Source: Lingula anatina
Taxonomy: Eukaryota; Animalia; Brachiopoda
Direction: 5' to 3'
Assembly: GCA_051362555.1 (NCBI GenBank)
Contig: CM120641.1
Coordinates: forward strand, 21,886,001-21,950,000
DNA length: 64,000 nucleotides
The translations under genes and the position numbers were made by a program. The notes beneath the pieces were generated by a model, which searched no databases, was not told where the DNA came from, and saw nothing but the letters and a program-made list of their open reading frames with translations. Within the stretch, counting starts at the first letter, position 1. Each line of letters starts with the position of its first letter. Of the stretch, positions 36,323 through 48,413 are shown piece by piece.

Positions 36323-39212
36323 ATATTTTGGAGATGTTAAGTACAGTATCTTAAGATGATATATTTGACCTATCACTTCTTGTTTTGCATGCTACTATTC
36401 TAGGTTTTTGACCTATCATTGCCAGTTTTATATACCTACTGCTGTTACAGGTTATTGATGTCCAGAGATACACACCTACCCACAGGCAGCACTCTAACTA
36501 CCAGATGCCCAGTTATACAGGAAGGCTACAGCAAGTGCAGGCAGCCGAAACACACCCTTATACACATTTTATAGACCAACAAATTGCTCAAGAAAGACAG
36601 TTTAGTCAGGAAGATAAACCAAATGTATCTGTAAGTCAGCCACAGGATATGAACTTTGGCTCAAGGCCTCCTGCTGATGTTGGAGGTGTTGGGGGCAGAT
36701 TGCATCCAGGTTTAACTTATCAGTATGACTGGAAAGCTAGCACAGGGTACGACTATAACAGACATGGCTTAGATTCAGACAGTGAGTATATCCCTGAGAA
36801 TAGAAATGTAAGAGGAGGTAATGGGCCTCTGCAGGCCCCTATTATGTCCAGCACACAGAGGAGTGATGGCTTCCAACAGTCTCAGAAATCAAGGACTGCA
36901 GCTGGTGAATTTGAGCCTCTGGTACCAGGTTCATCGTCCACTTCACATATGAGCTCTGGGTCTATGTATGGAAATGATGCCCCAGGAGCCCACTTGTCAG
37001 CTATGCTTGACCACAGTGGTCAGTTAACTAGGCCGCCCAGGGTCACATTTGCTGCTAACCAGATGTCTCAAATAGGACCCATTAGACACACTTTTCCTGC
37101 TACAGCAGTGGACAATGATCAGATAAATGATCAGTCTTCCATAGCAGCAGGTTACCAGGGTTTCAAGGACCCTGAAAAACCCTCCAACTCTCCAATATCT
37201 ACAAATTTTCATGACCACCTGAACGAACAAGGGTTTATCAGGTATTATAAAGGACTCACCCCTGAGCAGAGAAAACGAGAACTGCTCGCACAGAAAGCAA
37301 ATTTGATACAAGAACAGAACAGACTACGCCAGATCTTGGCAGAACAAGAGGGGCAGCTGAAGCAAAAACAACAACAGCTTCACAACAGACAGTTGGAGCA
37401 GCGGCAGAGGCTGATGCACTTTGAAAAAACAGGACAGTTTCCTCAGCCTCTATCAAATCTTGAAGGAAAGGCCCCAATTGATGCTGGGCAGTACAAAGCT
37501 CAGTCACCTGTGTCATACCAAATGGAAGGAGATATTTCTGATACTGATAAGAACCTAGAATTCTTGGAAAATCATGGAGTGGACACGTCACCTTTGAGGT
37601 CCAGTAGGGCTCGTAGCAGACTGGAGGACAGGTTTCAGGAAGGAGGTGGGTATGATCTGCAATAGCCAGTTTGTATACATTGCTGACATGTGGTATCTTT
37701 CAGTCCTTCCATTGAACACTAATAATCTCACTGTTTAAGGCAATTTAAAAAAATTGTGAAATGTTCTTGTTCTTTAAAGAAAGCTCAGTTTGACTTTCTA
37801 TCTTTCAGATTCAGTTTTCCTGAAATAAGCTGAAAAATGTGACAAGTTTACAGGCACGCAACATTGCTTCAAATAAAATTCTATTGTAGGTTCCAATCTT
37901 ACATCTGTAGCTACATCTATCTCTCCTGAGCGGGCTGCTGGTAATGCAACATCCCCTCAGAGAAGTTCTTTCATGAAAGTCATGTCTCCAGCACAGAGGT
38001 GAGTTTGGGCTGAATTGATTATCAACTGCCCCAATAAATTTTCGTCACTTTTTGTTCATTAAGTACATAGTTAATGAACGAAAATAGCTTTATTCTGGCT
38101 ATCATTTCCATGGTCTTTATCATTTCCATAGTATTTATTTTTAAATATTTTACTTGCTTTTACTAAATATAAGCTTTGTTTCCAATTTATTAATTTATTT
38201 ATAACTTATATTTCTAAGAAATCAACAACACAACTTTCCATTTTGTACGGTGTAAAAAAACTTGTTCTTCCCTTAGGTCTGTAGTGAAAACATACAAGCA
38301 GGGAAACTTGCCTCTTCACTTAAACAGGCAGAAAACGAGCCCCATGAAGAGAACTGCAGAGACTTCCCCTGTTAGGTACAAAGGGTTTCTTTTAATTCTT
38401 TGTTACCTTATGTTTTATCATAATTTATGTTAGGAAGTATAGTATTATATTACAAGTTTAAAAAAGGAATGTCATTAAGGAGGTTAAGCGGTAGAGAATT
38501 ATGTAAAGTAAATTGGTTGTGAAGCTGGCATGTTGACACCTTTTAACTATTGATGGCGTTCTATGTACTAGAGCAAAAAAAGACAAAAATTTGCATTTAC
38601 ACACCATAAAGATCTATGTAAATTATGTGTGCTTTCAGTTGTCACTGCTAGTGTTTGTGTTGAACACAGTGAAAGTAAGATAGCTCCATGTAACATTGAC
38701 AAGCTCCTGTTTTTTTTGTAAATGCTAAATTCCATAAAATGAACAAAAAGTCTGAAGGGGATTATTGGAAACAAATACCTGTTTTACTTATGGGTTTATT
38801 ACTGTTTATAAGATTATAATCATGGTATCAGTTGTATTCTATTGTAGTCATGACTTCAATGGTATTGTAATCATGGCCATTCCACTAAATCAAATATGTT
38901 GACTAACTCTTTAGAAGTTTTTATAATGTGCTAATTTTAGAATGACAAAATTAATGTTAACAATAAATGTAGTAAATTTAACAGGATCCTTTATAATGAA
39001 GTATCATCAGCAACCAGATACACTTTTATCAACAAAATGTCAATCTCAATTACAGCTCCAAGGCAATGTCAGTGGTAGACATAGTGGAATCTATAGAAAA
39101 TGGAGACAGTCCAAGGCCTCTTGGTAACAGAATTGTGGAGTTTGAGGATGATGTTCAAGCTGCTGAGGAAGAGGAATCTAGGGTCCTAGAGGAAGTATTC
39201 TTTATGAGATAG
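32605..39212 (+). CDS. KIAA1328: hinderin (KIAA1328 family), 11 exons, ~768 aa
   Basis: Exons 32605-32656, 33057-33101, 33586-33746, 33885-34006, 34284-34399, 35478-35593, 35990-36124, 36451-37645, 37890-37998, 38277-38375, 39056-39212 (2307 nt). Motif SASLKDLRPEDKKRVANLIKELAK, coiled coils, C-terminal EESRVLEEVFFMR*. Confidence 0.88.
34700..35361 (+). mobile_element. internally deleted TIR DNA transposon carrying a RecQ-helicase remnant (AcademH-like)
   Basis: 77-bp apparently perfect TIRs (34700-34776, 35285-35361), CA...TG ends, 8-bp TSD gtgtggaa. Confidence 0.85.
34980..35153 (+). pseudogene. RecQ-like helicase N-terminal fragment inside the transposon
   Basis: MASSTSDYVK*CVKLSLDSLQNMSISELKPEQFEALHHYLLRDDVFCMLPTGYGKSLI: RecQ motif 0 plus Walker A, with one in-frame stop, then truncated. 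Confidence 0.8.
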
Positions 39213-40607
39213 ATATAACACTGTTAATATACTTTTGATGTGGTTGATATGATGAAACCTTTGCTTTCCCTCTATAAGTAGCAGCGTGTTGTTTTCCACA
39301 AGGTGGAAAAGTTAAATTTGTCTTTATTTGTTCAAACTCTAATGATATTACCTGGACTATGAGTGGCTAGTCTGCACAGCTATTTGTCTGTGACAACAAC
39401 TCGAGTATTATGCCACAATGTCAAAGCAAAACAAACTAGTTATACTATGGTAATACAGCATTGCTTTTCACTTCAAAGTGGAGTTGTTGGCCCATTTCTG
39501 TGTTTTTGTATAATACTTACAAATATTGGATCATTGACTGCAGTTTTCATGCCCAGAATACAATTTAAAATTTGTAAACTTGACCTACTTATCCATCCCA
39601 CTTCATCAGTTCTAACTTTAATAGTTAGGAGGCCTAGTAATGTCCTTGTTTGGCAGAACATTTATATTAGGGACTTTCATCTTATGAACAAAAAATTTCA
39701 AAAGCATACCCTGGCAAGGAATTAGTTTAGGATAAATGGGGCAGATCTTTAAAGCAGAAGTGCAAGGGGTGGTGAATAATACAATTAAAAGGGAAATTTT
39801 TGCTCTAAAAGTATCTAGATAATTGAATTATATATTAAGGAAATAGTAAAAAATATTTTTTGGCAATTTTAATATATCTGTATACTTTAAGTAATGTTAT
39901 ACTGTTTGAAACTTTATGGTGCCATTTGGTCAAAGTTAGTATGTACTCACTTAATATGTGTCTTTAAGTGGTTGCTGCTAGTTTCCAAATAGTTTGGCTA
40001 CTTGAGAACCGACTTTCATTTTTATAGGCAAACCATATAAGTTACTTGAAAACTCTTCTGGACAAGTAATCTAAGAATTTCTTTACAGTTGTAAGTTTTT
40101 GTATAACTATTCTGTAGCTAGTTTCAGCTTCTGATATATATTGACATTTTCACAATTTATGAAAATTAATAATTGGAATGAATGCTTATTCAAACTATGT
40201 TGATTGACACAAGTTGATTACAAAACACAATACTGATACAAAATGCCCCTTTACTTTCCATGAAAGCATGCTTTATTAAATTAGTTTGCTTGTTGATGAG
40301 GGAATTATAATGTACTACTTACATTTTAAAAACCTCATCCACCGAATTTCACAGAAATAAGGTAAAACAAATATGAAATAACTTCCCTTCTATTTATGTT
40401 ACTTGTACACATAACATAGAAATGTAATTTGAGTAGACCATTATCCATTCAATGTTGTACATGTCCAAAAAGCACCACCACAACTTAAAAGATGTAAATA
40501 TCACCTCTACCTCTCAACTTTTAAGTATCTTAAATTTTATCTTAACAGTTTTGCAGTTAACCAGGTGAAAATGCTGCATAAAGAAAAAGAACTTCACTCA
40601 GACTTAA

Positions 40608-40902
40608 AGGGGTAACAACTCTTCATATGAGGTCCATATTTCACAATTAATACATTGTAAACAACTCATAGAAATATAATAAATTCTATGTTACCACCAA
40701 AAAGTAAAAACTCGTAATTATTCTAAAATTTGCCTGCCATTAGACCACGTGACCTCCATAGATGGTTCAGTTTTTAATAATCTCTTAAGAGATTATTAAA
40801 AAGAACTTACGGAAAAAAAACAGGGACTTACTTTGAATGTCAGTTCAGATTGATCATTCATTAACCATTGGTAAGCATAGGAAAATTGTTTACCCCAGGA
40901 AA

Positions 40903-40937
<35 letters not shown>

Positions 40938-40990
40938 CAAATTGAATAGTTGTTATCCCATTTATGATGCAAAGAGCTGAGATATGAAAT
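40608..40990. mobile_element. degenerate copy of the Kolobok-like family (inverted relative to 24573-25212)
   Basis: ttaa-aggggtaacaactcttc end; shared internal palindrome aatctcttaagagatt and ccattggtaag..ccaggaaaatcc. Confidence 0.6.
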
Positions 40991-41547
40991 CTGAGGTGCA
41001 AGATTGATAGAACTAGATAACTTGATCTGTATCACATGGTATGTAACATGCATTGCTTAACATATGAAATGTGAAACACTTCAGAACAAACAAAATGCAT
41101 GTAGTCAGTAGCAATAGTAACTGAAATAGGTTTACGTAATATAACATGTTCATTCGACTGAATGCTAATGCAAATTTTCCAGAAATGTGTACAAACCTGT
41201 GATGAATAAATGTTAAGTTTTTTTTTTTCACTATTGTTACTGTATTTATATTACAACCAATTAATCACAATAATTATATTACAACCTGGCTAGTCTTTAA
41301 TGTTGTCTCTACTAGTTACATTATTTTCTCTTATTACTTCTAGGGTATTTTGAATTGGCTCCAAAAAATCTTTAATATCAAGAAATATATATTAGCAATT
41401 ATCATGAGTTCCTCAGTCCATGAAGTGCACCAACATTTTAAGATAGAGATTTCCAAGTCCTGTGCTCTGCAGCAAGTTGTAAAAAAATCTCATATTTCCG
41501 TGGTCAGGATAGTAGATGTTAATGCATGCAAGTAAATTCTACATGTA

Positions 41548-44500
41548 TTATTGGAATTCTATTCTTGTATTCTCTGGGTATGCCTTTGCGATCTCTTGCC
41601 TCAGCTCCTGCATTTCTGCAGACATCTTAGTCATCTTGGCACTATTTGAGACCTCTAAAAGCTGGAATCAAAACAACAAATAACTAGAGGATCAGAGAGG
41701 TGATACCGCCTCCGGATATTGTACCACTAGCTAGAGTAAGTGCATTCGTATTAAACCCCCCCCCCCCCCCCCAAAAAAAAAAAAGGGACACCACCGCCAG
41801 TCTTGTGCTTGACAAGCTCTATAAAATACAATCAACAAGTTCTCAAAATATGCACAAAAAAAAACTGTATTTTCCTAACATTGATCACTTCTGTGATTTT
41901 CTAGAAAATAGGGCCATTGGTTTTTCTTGAAATGTGTTGTCAGTGATGCATATATGCTGACAAAAGAGAAATCCTAGGGACAACACTGGGCATATCTCAG
42001 CTAGTTTTAAAGATATGAGGGGCAAGAAAACACGCAAAGTTCAGTTCATGGTGAAAAAGTAGGTCAAAGGTCAATTTCAATGTCACAGTGTACAACTTCC
42101 TATTCAAGTTCAATAGTAACCATGGGCATTTCTTTGCCAATTTTGGAGATTTAAAAGCCAGAAAACTTGCAAAGTGCAGTTCATCTTGAAAAGTAGGTCA
42201 AAGGTCAATTTCAAGGTCACAGTTACATAACCAGTGTATGACTTCCTGTTCAAGTTCAACAGTAATTTTGGGTGTATCTCTGCCAGTTTTTGAGATATAA
42301 GGGAAAGAAAATTATGTCAAAGGTCAATTTCAGGGTCACAGATTGCCAGTATATGACTTCCTATTCAAGTTCAATAGTAACTGTGGGCGTTTTTTTTTTT
42401 TTCCAGTTTTTGAGATATAATGATCAATTGCAATAGTTTCTGAATTCTGTGTAGTTTCTGAATATTAGTGCAAATACTTTTTTTTTCGTAAAAAAATTCG
42501 TTTTTTTTTTAATTTTGGCCCGTTTGACCTTGAAATAAAGGTCAAATCCAAAAGCATATTTGAAATCTCCACATATGGCTCTCGGTCAGCCGTCTACAGA
42601 AATTTTTCCCATAATTCCTTCGGTATGGTAGATAATTAGCATTTAAATTTGCCAATTTTGGACAAGGGTGCATTGCTAGACTCCAGCACCGACGAAGCCC
42701 AAATTTTATGTGGAGCAAGTTGAGATTATAGGTGGCCTAAATCCAAGAGATGGGTATGCAGGCCCTTGTAGTCTAGGAGGAGAAGGGGTAACGGTAACAT
42801 GGCAGCAGAGCCAGCAGAACGATCCGGACAGGACTAAAACCATGTGTACCGCCAGCGCCTACGCTGGCGGTACAAATAATATACAATTATAGACTCCGGC
42901 TGAGGTTGATATGTGGTTTTATAGACCTCAAGAAAGTGAAATTGAACAAGATGCAGCACTTTTCTGAGGTTTGCAATAAAATTTAAATTGTTGTCATCTG
43001 ATTGAATATTTTCATATTTTCTCTGATGACAAAAATGTCACTTGTCATTGACTCAATATTATGTTTGGTGATAACATCAAAGGTCCGACCTAAAATTCAT
43101 GGGTCTAGGACTGTAATCAGTGATATTTAGATATAATTGTTTTATCCTATTTTACTGGGCTAATTCCTACTTCCAAAAATGTTCAATTTAAGGCAACCTA
43201 TGTTTGAAAGTTGAAATTGATTAAGCCTATGATTCAAGGTCCACACAAGCCAGCTTATTCAATTTCAAATATATCACATGCCCTTTATGCTACCACGAAA
43301 TGCAGATAACTGAATGCCCATTTCTGAAATCCCTTGATGCATGCACAGCAGTATTTCTAAACTGTGGAGTTTATCAGATTGCACTCATATCTGTCGTGTG
43401 TATATGGACCTCATCTTCTTCGTCTTGTTGTTGCTCAAAATCGACAAACACATTTTTCAAAGCAACCGCAACTGCCATTTCTTTCTCTCTAACTTAGTAC
43501 TGCGCATGCGTCAAGGTGTCAGAATCTCCTCCGAGCACAGGCAAGAATTAATTATAGCTTTGGAAGTAACTCGCTTGCTCTGCTAGTTAATTACGCCGTG
43601 GGGAATTCGGGGCACAGACCGTGATCACTAGATACCGCCAATGGATTTTTAGAATATAGATTTTACATGTGAACGGTGCCTAAGTCAGCTGTTACAGAGT
43701 TCTGTGAACCAAAAATGACTTTGTGAAGTATTTAATACTTGTGCCAGTCACGATGAACACAAATGTACAGACTTGTCCTGTCAATCTTTCAATTCTTCTT
43801 ATAATCCGAATAGAGAAAGATAGAAAGATTGGCGGACAATTTGGATTATAATAAAAATTTAATTAAAACAAACACAACCAAAAAATATGACATGTTATCC
43901 ACTTTTAGATGAATTTGAAATCTGTTAAAATGAAGGTGTACATGTATGTGACAAATTTCAAGGCTTACCCGTGTGTTTCCTCTGTTGGGGTTTTGATAAG
44001 GGCTTGGTCCAAGAGTCTTGTCTAGCCTAAAAAAATTAATAACACATTATTAGATGTTTACAATAACAAGTAGCATGAACTGTCCACAATGTCATGTTTC
44101 CTGTGTAAAGAAGACAGTTCTGGTATACTAATTTGGAGTAAATTTCTCAGACTGTATGTCCAGATTTATGTGTTACTAGTACTTATATATGATACAACCC
44201 CAAAATCTTTCTTACAATTTACTATACTCGCATCCCTTCCAAGCTTCACATACAAATTTGTGTATGGATATTGTTAATATTTACAGAAAAATTATTTAAA
44301 AACTAGAGGATCAGAGAGACGATACTGCCTCCTGGTATTGTACCATCAGCTGGTAAGCGCATTTGTATGCAAAACAAAAAAAAGGGACACCACTTCCAGT
44401 GTTGTGCTTGGCAAGTTCTACAAAATGTGGTAACAGGAGTTCTCAATTATTTTGTTCATAAGTGAAGTGTGGACATCCAATCATCTCGTCACAAATTAAA

Positions 44501-47317
44501 AAGTAAGATTCAGTTGTCAGTTACCAACTACTTCCTGGTTTTCACAAGGTCCTTCAAGGACCAAAAACATAGCTATGATTACAGCACGTACCACCTCCAT
44601 CTAAAAATGACCACTCAGGTTTATGTCTTACGTCACATGACGTCATACTTCCAGCACAATCCTGTCTCCTCCGATACCCTCTATTAGAGAGAATTTTCAG
44701 TTTTGGCATCTGTGGCTGCTTCTCCCATGGAAATGCACCGAATGACCTCAAACTCAAGAAGATGTAAGTTGAACGTAAGTGTAAAACCTGCCCATGATAT
44801 TAAAGGTAAGGTCTGCATAGTTTCTGAAAATCGGCATGAATAAAATTCCCATTTTTGCCCGTTTGACCTTAAAATAAAGGTCAAAGGTCATATCCAAGGG
44901 AATATTTGAAATCCCCACATATGACTTTTGGTCAGCCATCTGTAGAAAATTTTCCCATAATTCCTATGGTTTGGGAGATATTTAGCCTTTAATTTTGCAA
45001 ATTTTTGACAAGGGTGCATTGCTACGAGCACCATGCCTAGACCCGTGCATCGACAAAGCCAAAAATTTATGTGGATCGAGATGAGATTATGTGTGACCTA
45101 AATCCAAGAGATGGATACACAGGCCCTTGTAGTCTTGGAGGAGAAGCGGTAACGATGAAATTTCAGCGGAACTGGTGGACGAGTCTGGTCTGGACTAAAA
45201 CCATGTATACTGCCAGCGGTGCACTGGTGGTACAATTAACAATTTAAACCACAATTTGTTGAACCTGCATTTCAGTACAAGGCTAATACCTTAACATATT
45301 TAATGGTAAATTTGGTAGGAATGATTTACATAGCACCTACTATTTTTACTCACTTCACGTCTGGGAATGCGGAAAGGGCATATGCGGAGAAAACTGCTGA
45401 CAATCCCCCTGCTACACCACACAACACTGCCACAATGAAGGCCTGGAATAGCAAATAATGAAGATCTTTTGTATAATAAATATGTGGATACAAATAGTTG
45501 GGGAAACGGACCAAAATATTGGCACAAACCAAATTTGATATTGTCTCACTGTTGTATAATCAGTAGGTTTCAATTTGGACATAATATCAAAGGGACTAGA
45601 AACACGGAGAAAGATCAAAGGATTTGGCTTAGCCATGAGTGTTCGGATCATGTGACCTCCCGCAAAGGTAACAAGCATATCGAGGTTATCAATGACTTTG
45701 TGTGTTATTTAGACAGGTAGATGGCGATAACGTGAGGCAGTCCTTCGGGGGAATGAGACAATAAACTTAAAATAAGTATAAGTACAATTTGTTCTAACAA
45801 TTTGGAAGCTATGTGAGAATTTGATGTTTGTTCTAGGGGGAATTCAAAATGCCCTATGTGGTAAAGGCAATCTTGTTTGTTGCTGTAAAATGAGCATTCA
45901 AAATTGTATAATTGTAGTGTAGCATACTTGTTTTTAGCTATAGTCCGATAGGAAAATATTTCTATCTTCTAAATTTTCTCTCTATGTGAGAAATTAGCCT
46001 GAGATGCGACAATAATGATACTTTCAATCACGTCTTGAATTAAAATGACGCAATTTCTCTCTGATTTCTTAGGCTCACTGACATTTCTTTCAGGCTGGTA
46101 TTTTTATATACCTTTCAAATAAAGATGATGTCAACAATGCTGTGTACTTTATATATAGATTCATGCTTCTTGCTTCTGTTTTTTTTTTTTATTATTATTG
46201 GAATGATAATTAATATTTTTTTGCTCTCAATATCGGCTTTCGTTGCAATATGGCACCACGCACGCATTTGTGACACAAAAACACACCCATGGGCCTTTTA
46301 ATATCACTTTATCAAAGTAGACATCAACACTGCTGTAAACTGCATGTATATGTTCATGTTACCGGCTAATGACTGAGCAAATTTGGGGATGCCAATTAAT
46401 ATTTTTTTACGCTCAATGTGGGTTCTAGTTGCAAAATGGCACCACACATGCATTTGTGACACACAAAAATGCATCTGGGAGGCTTTTAATATCCTTTGAT
46501 CAAAGTTGACATCAACACTGATACATTACTGGCTATTGCCTGCTCGAATTTGGGGATGTAAATTGATAATGTGTTTACTCTCAATATCGGTCCTTGTTGG
46601 AAAATGACACCACACATGAATTGGCCGATACATTGCTTTAATAAAGCAGTTATATATCAACATAGATGAGATCATTACAATTTTGGACATGATGACAAGT
46701 ATAGAAGACAAACGCCAGAAGCCGTTTTTTTAAGGTAACAGGAAAAAGGTACTGAAAACCCGAAACAAATTTCCACGTGTTAATGCAAACCTTTGTGTTC
46801 GCAACTACAAGATGGCAGCAATGCTGTATCATAGCAACCAGGAGGGACTGCGCGAAATTGCGTTATCAATATTTAGGATGAAGAAAGCCAAGATGTGTAG
46901 TAACCCATTCACATAATATTATGTGTGCTGTGTAAAAGAGACAAAAAAAAAAACAAAATTATCAATGTACTCGATGTAATTCCAACTTGAGAGTTCAACC
47001 CCCTTGAACTTAAACTATCAGATAATGCTTTAAATTACTCATTTCAAAGATATATAAAACTATTTTTAATAAAAAAAAATCTGCAAAGATGGCTTAATTT
47101 TGTTGGATAGATTTTGTTCAGAAATATATGGCCTTTCAGCCCAAAATTCAATACCACATACATCATCAGTACAATACACTGAAAAAAGTTTTGACGTCAA
47201 TATAAAGCAGGAGGAATGTCTATTTTTAACTTGGTAATTAAAGGAAAAGCTTACATCTTTGTGGTTCTTTCTGGCAGTCATCAGTGACTTCCACACATAT
47301 CTAACAAGTACACCCAT
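41548..47317 (-). CDS. NDUFA4/COXFA4-family (C15orf48/NMES1-like, B12D) small mitochondrial membrane protein, 4 coding exons, 107 aa
   Basis: Exons 47317-47255, 45442-45354, 44026-43969, 41661-41548 (324 nt, phase-consistent): MGVLVRYVWKSLMTARKNHKD|AFIVAVLCGVAGGLSAVFSAYALSAFPDVK|LDKTLGPSPYQNPNRGNTR|LLEVSNSAKMTKMSAEMQELRQEIAKAYPENTRIEFQ*. Basic N-terminus, one TM helix, then PDVxLD..P.P[WY] as in the family. Confidence 0.75.
41682..42878. mobile_element. Helentron/HINE-like non-autonomous element, copy 1
   Basis: Starts aactagaggatcagagag; ~3 internal ~130-bp tandem units (aggtcaaaggtcaatttc..gacttcctattcaagttcaa); terminal 13-bp stem tgtaccgccagcg/cgctggcggtaca at 42845-42874; no TSD evident. 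Confidence 0.75.
44301..45238. mobile_element. Helentron/HINE-like element, copy 2
   Basis: Same 5' end (aactagaggatcagagagacgatac) and same ~370-bp 3' part with a degenerate hairpin as copy 1; the central region differs. Confidence 0.75.
46208..46620. repeat. degenerate ~180-bp tandem repeat (~2.3 units)
   Basis: aattaatattttt..ctcaat..gttgcaa.atggcaccac..gcatttgtgacac..atcaaagt.gacatcaacactg recurs at ~46208, ~46394 and ~46561. Confidence 0.8.
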
Positions 47318-48337
47318 CTTGGACAGGTACCACCTAAAATCTGGAGCGAAAAAAAACACTATTATCCTGTAATTAACTGGCATTTTCCAAATTTTTCTAA
47401 ACACAATAATAGCTATGAAAAGGGTATGTAAAACACACATAGTTTAATGGTATTTTGCAAAATGGACGTCAGGAATAACACGCAAAAGCTCTCAAAATAG
47501 TTAATGGCGTCTTGGCTATGTTCCTTGTGTTTTTGCAAATGTCACCGTTTGACCTTCACGACCACGTTTAGAGTTCCCTCGATTGTGACTGCAATAAAAG
47601 CCGTTTTACATTAGTGGCGACATTTTGAGAAAACAATCCGGTCAGTATAGCAGCCACAGCAAAGAAAATAAAAACATTTTCAATCAAACCCTTGTTGCTC
47701 CCGAATGCTGCAACATAGTCATTCTTCTTACTGTATTTTAGGTGTCATCCTCGTTAATCTACAAATGTACATGTACTGTAGATTAACTACTCCATTTTAC
47801 GCTAAAATTGAAGAAATATAATCCCTTTTTATCTACGAGTATTACAAACCTGTCTTCTGTTAGCTTTAACCAAATATCCAGCTGCTAGGGACGGTGTCGC
47901 AGGTTTCGTTTCTCCGTTTTCACTCACGACAGTAAGGTCAGGGAATACGTGCGGCCAAACACACTGCCCGATGACGTCACAACATGGATTCTCCATTGAC
48001 TCTAAAAATAACTATATTGGCATACCTGACGGTGGGATTGCCGTTCTCTCTTGTTTACATTGAAATAGAATCCAAGATGCTTGGATCCTAGCATTGAAAG
48101 AGTGAGATTCTCATGAAAACCTAATAGTTTGCTTACAGCCCAAACATTTTATTATCGACGTATAATTTGTAGAGGCGTGCTGAGTCTGTTAAACGATGTT
48201 GAATTGATGTTGAAATCTTGAAGAAACCATTTTTCTACGTTAGAAGAATAGATAGTTGCTTGGTAGAGCTCTGTAACAGAGGTTTTATCGGAATAGACAA
48301 TGTTTTAAACGGCGCATTTACCTTTTGTTTCCGAATC

Positions 48338-48340
<3 letters not shown>

Positions 48341-48411
<71 letters not shown>
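48341..48411. repeat. (TA)n microsatellite
   Basis: Direct reading. Confidence 0.95.

Positions 48412-48413
<2 letters not shown>

Noticed and set aside
38942-39127. 61-aa ORF as the last KIAA1328 exon
   Set aside because: The conserved LEEVFF terminus is in another frame, reached through the acceptor at 39055.
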